A stretch of DNA of 64,000 bases from Alphaproteobacteria bacterium (lineage in GTDB: Bacteria > Pseudomonadota > Alphaproteobacteria > UBA828). The translations under genes were made by a program, and so were the position numbers. The stretch is taken from positions 576,001 through 640,000 of the forward strand of contig CAXXVO010000008.1 of the NCBI GenBank assembly GCA_963422645.2, written 5' to 3'. Of the stretch, positions 63,466-64,000 are shown one piece after another (the first letter of the stretch is position 1; each line of letters starts with the position of its first letter). The notes under the pieces are model-generated. The model was given only the letters and a program-made list of their open reading frames with translations, searched no databases and had not been told where the DNA came from.

Positions 63466-64000
63466 TCAGGTTATCTCCGTGTCAGAGTGATAAACTCGGG
63501 CGGCAGCCTCTCTGTCTTCACAAATCCGACGCATAAATTCTCGGCGTCTGGATAGTTGGCGCCGAATAGACCATGGCATACGGCGCCAGAGAAGCATCAC
63601 TGGGTTCTCGGTCTGCCGGTGAAGCTGACGCGACCGCCTACGGTCTTCGTCTATCTGGGAGTCGTTCCACTCTCCATGAAATACGACCGGCGGATCGAGA
63701 TAATAGATATTCAGCCCGTTCTCCCAGTAGTTGTTAATTGCCATGTCAAGCGCCCACGTCATCTCTGGCGTGACCTCCAGAAAGCGACGTGCCGCATCTC
63801 TTGTAATCACGTATCCTTCGGTGCCAGAGTCATGATAGCGGACTCGGCCGATAATGTGTCCGGTCGAAAGCTGTTTGTATGGTATAAAGGCCCTATTGGG
63901 CCTGCGCCTGTTCAGCTTCACAACGTCGAAGGGCACCGGACGTCGATCCAATGCCGCGAGAACCAATGGAAGTTCCGCAGACAGCTCGGCATCATCTTCG
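63466..64000 (-). CDS. Glycosyltransferase family 25 (5' part outside window)
   Basis: EDDA motif at the window edge, FDVVKL, GTEGYVITRDAARRFL, ALD. Confidence 0.8.
   Translation of the reverse strand, partial: EDDAELSAELPLVLAALDRRPVPFDVVKLNRRRPNRAFIPYKQLSTGHIIGRVRYHDSGTEGYVITRDAARRFLEVTPEMTWALDMAINNYWENGLNIYYLDPPVVFHGEWNDSQIDEDRRRSRQLHRQTENPVMLLWRRMPWSIRRQLSRRREFMRRICEDREAAARVYHSDTEIT

Overview
GC-rich bacterial chromosome segment, alphaproteobacterial by gene content (inference: aapJQMP, rpmH-rnpA-yidD-yidC-engB-argB, 17-kDa-type lipoprotein), heavily invaded by mobile DNA. (1) 1-2599: right end of a Mu-type transposable prophage with tail genes and a QueC-like gene, which apparently interrupted a TPR gene. 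(2) 2.7-33.6 kb: metabolic and housekeeping genes (D-aminoacylase, a divergent urease cluster, cytosine-deaminase-like enzyme, panB/panC, argB, yidC operon, nudC, GMC oxidoreductase, Aap ABC transporter). These are interrupted by an IS1380, an IS66 and a second IS66 carrying a Dam-like DNA methyltransferase. (3) 33.7-45.5 kb: lower-GC defence-like island (regulator, BsuBI/PstI-type R-M, and a RusA + REase/HEPN pair) among three copies of a 2.5-kb IS with a 786-aa transposase. (4) 46-52 kb: urea/amide ABC transporter plus acetamidase/formamidase. (5) 52-63 kb: an 801-bp mini-Mu-like element and a nested pile of IS copies whose insertion order can be read from target duplications. (6) A partial GT25 gene at the end. 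All calls come from reading motifs by eye; no database searches were run.
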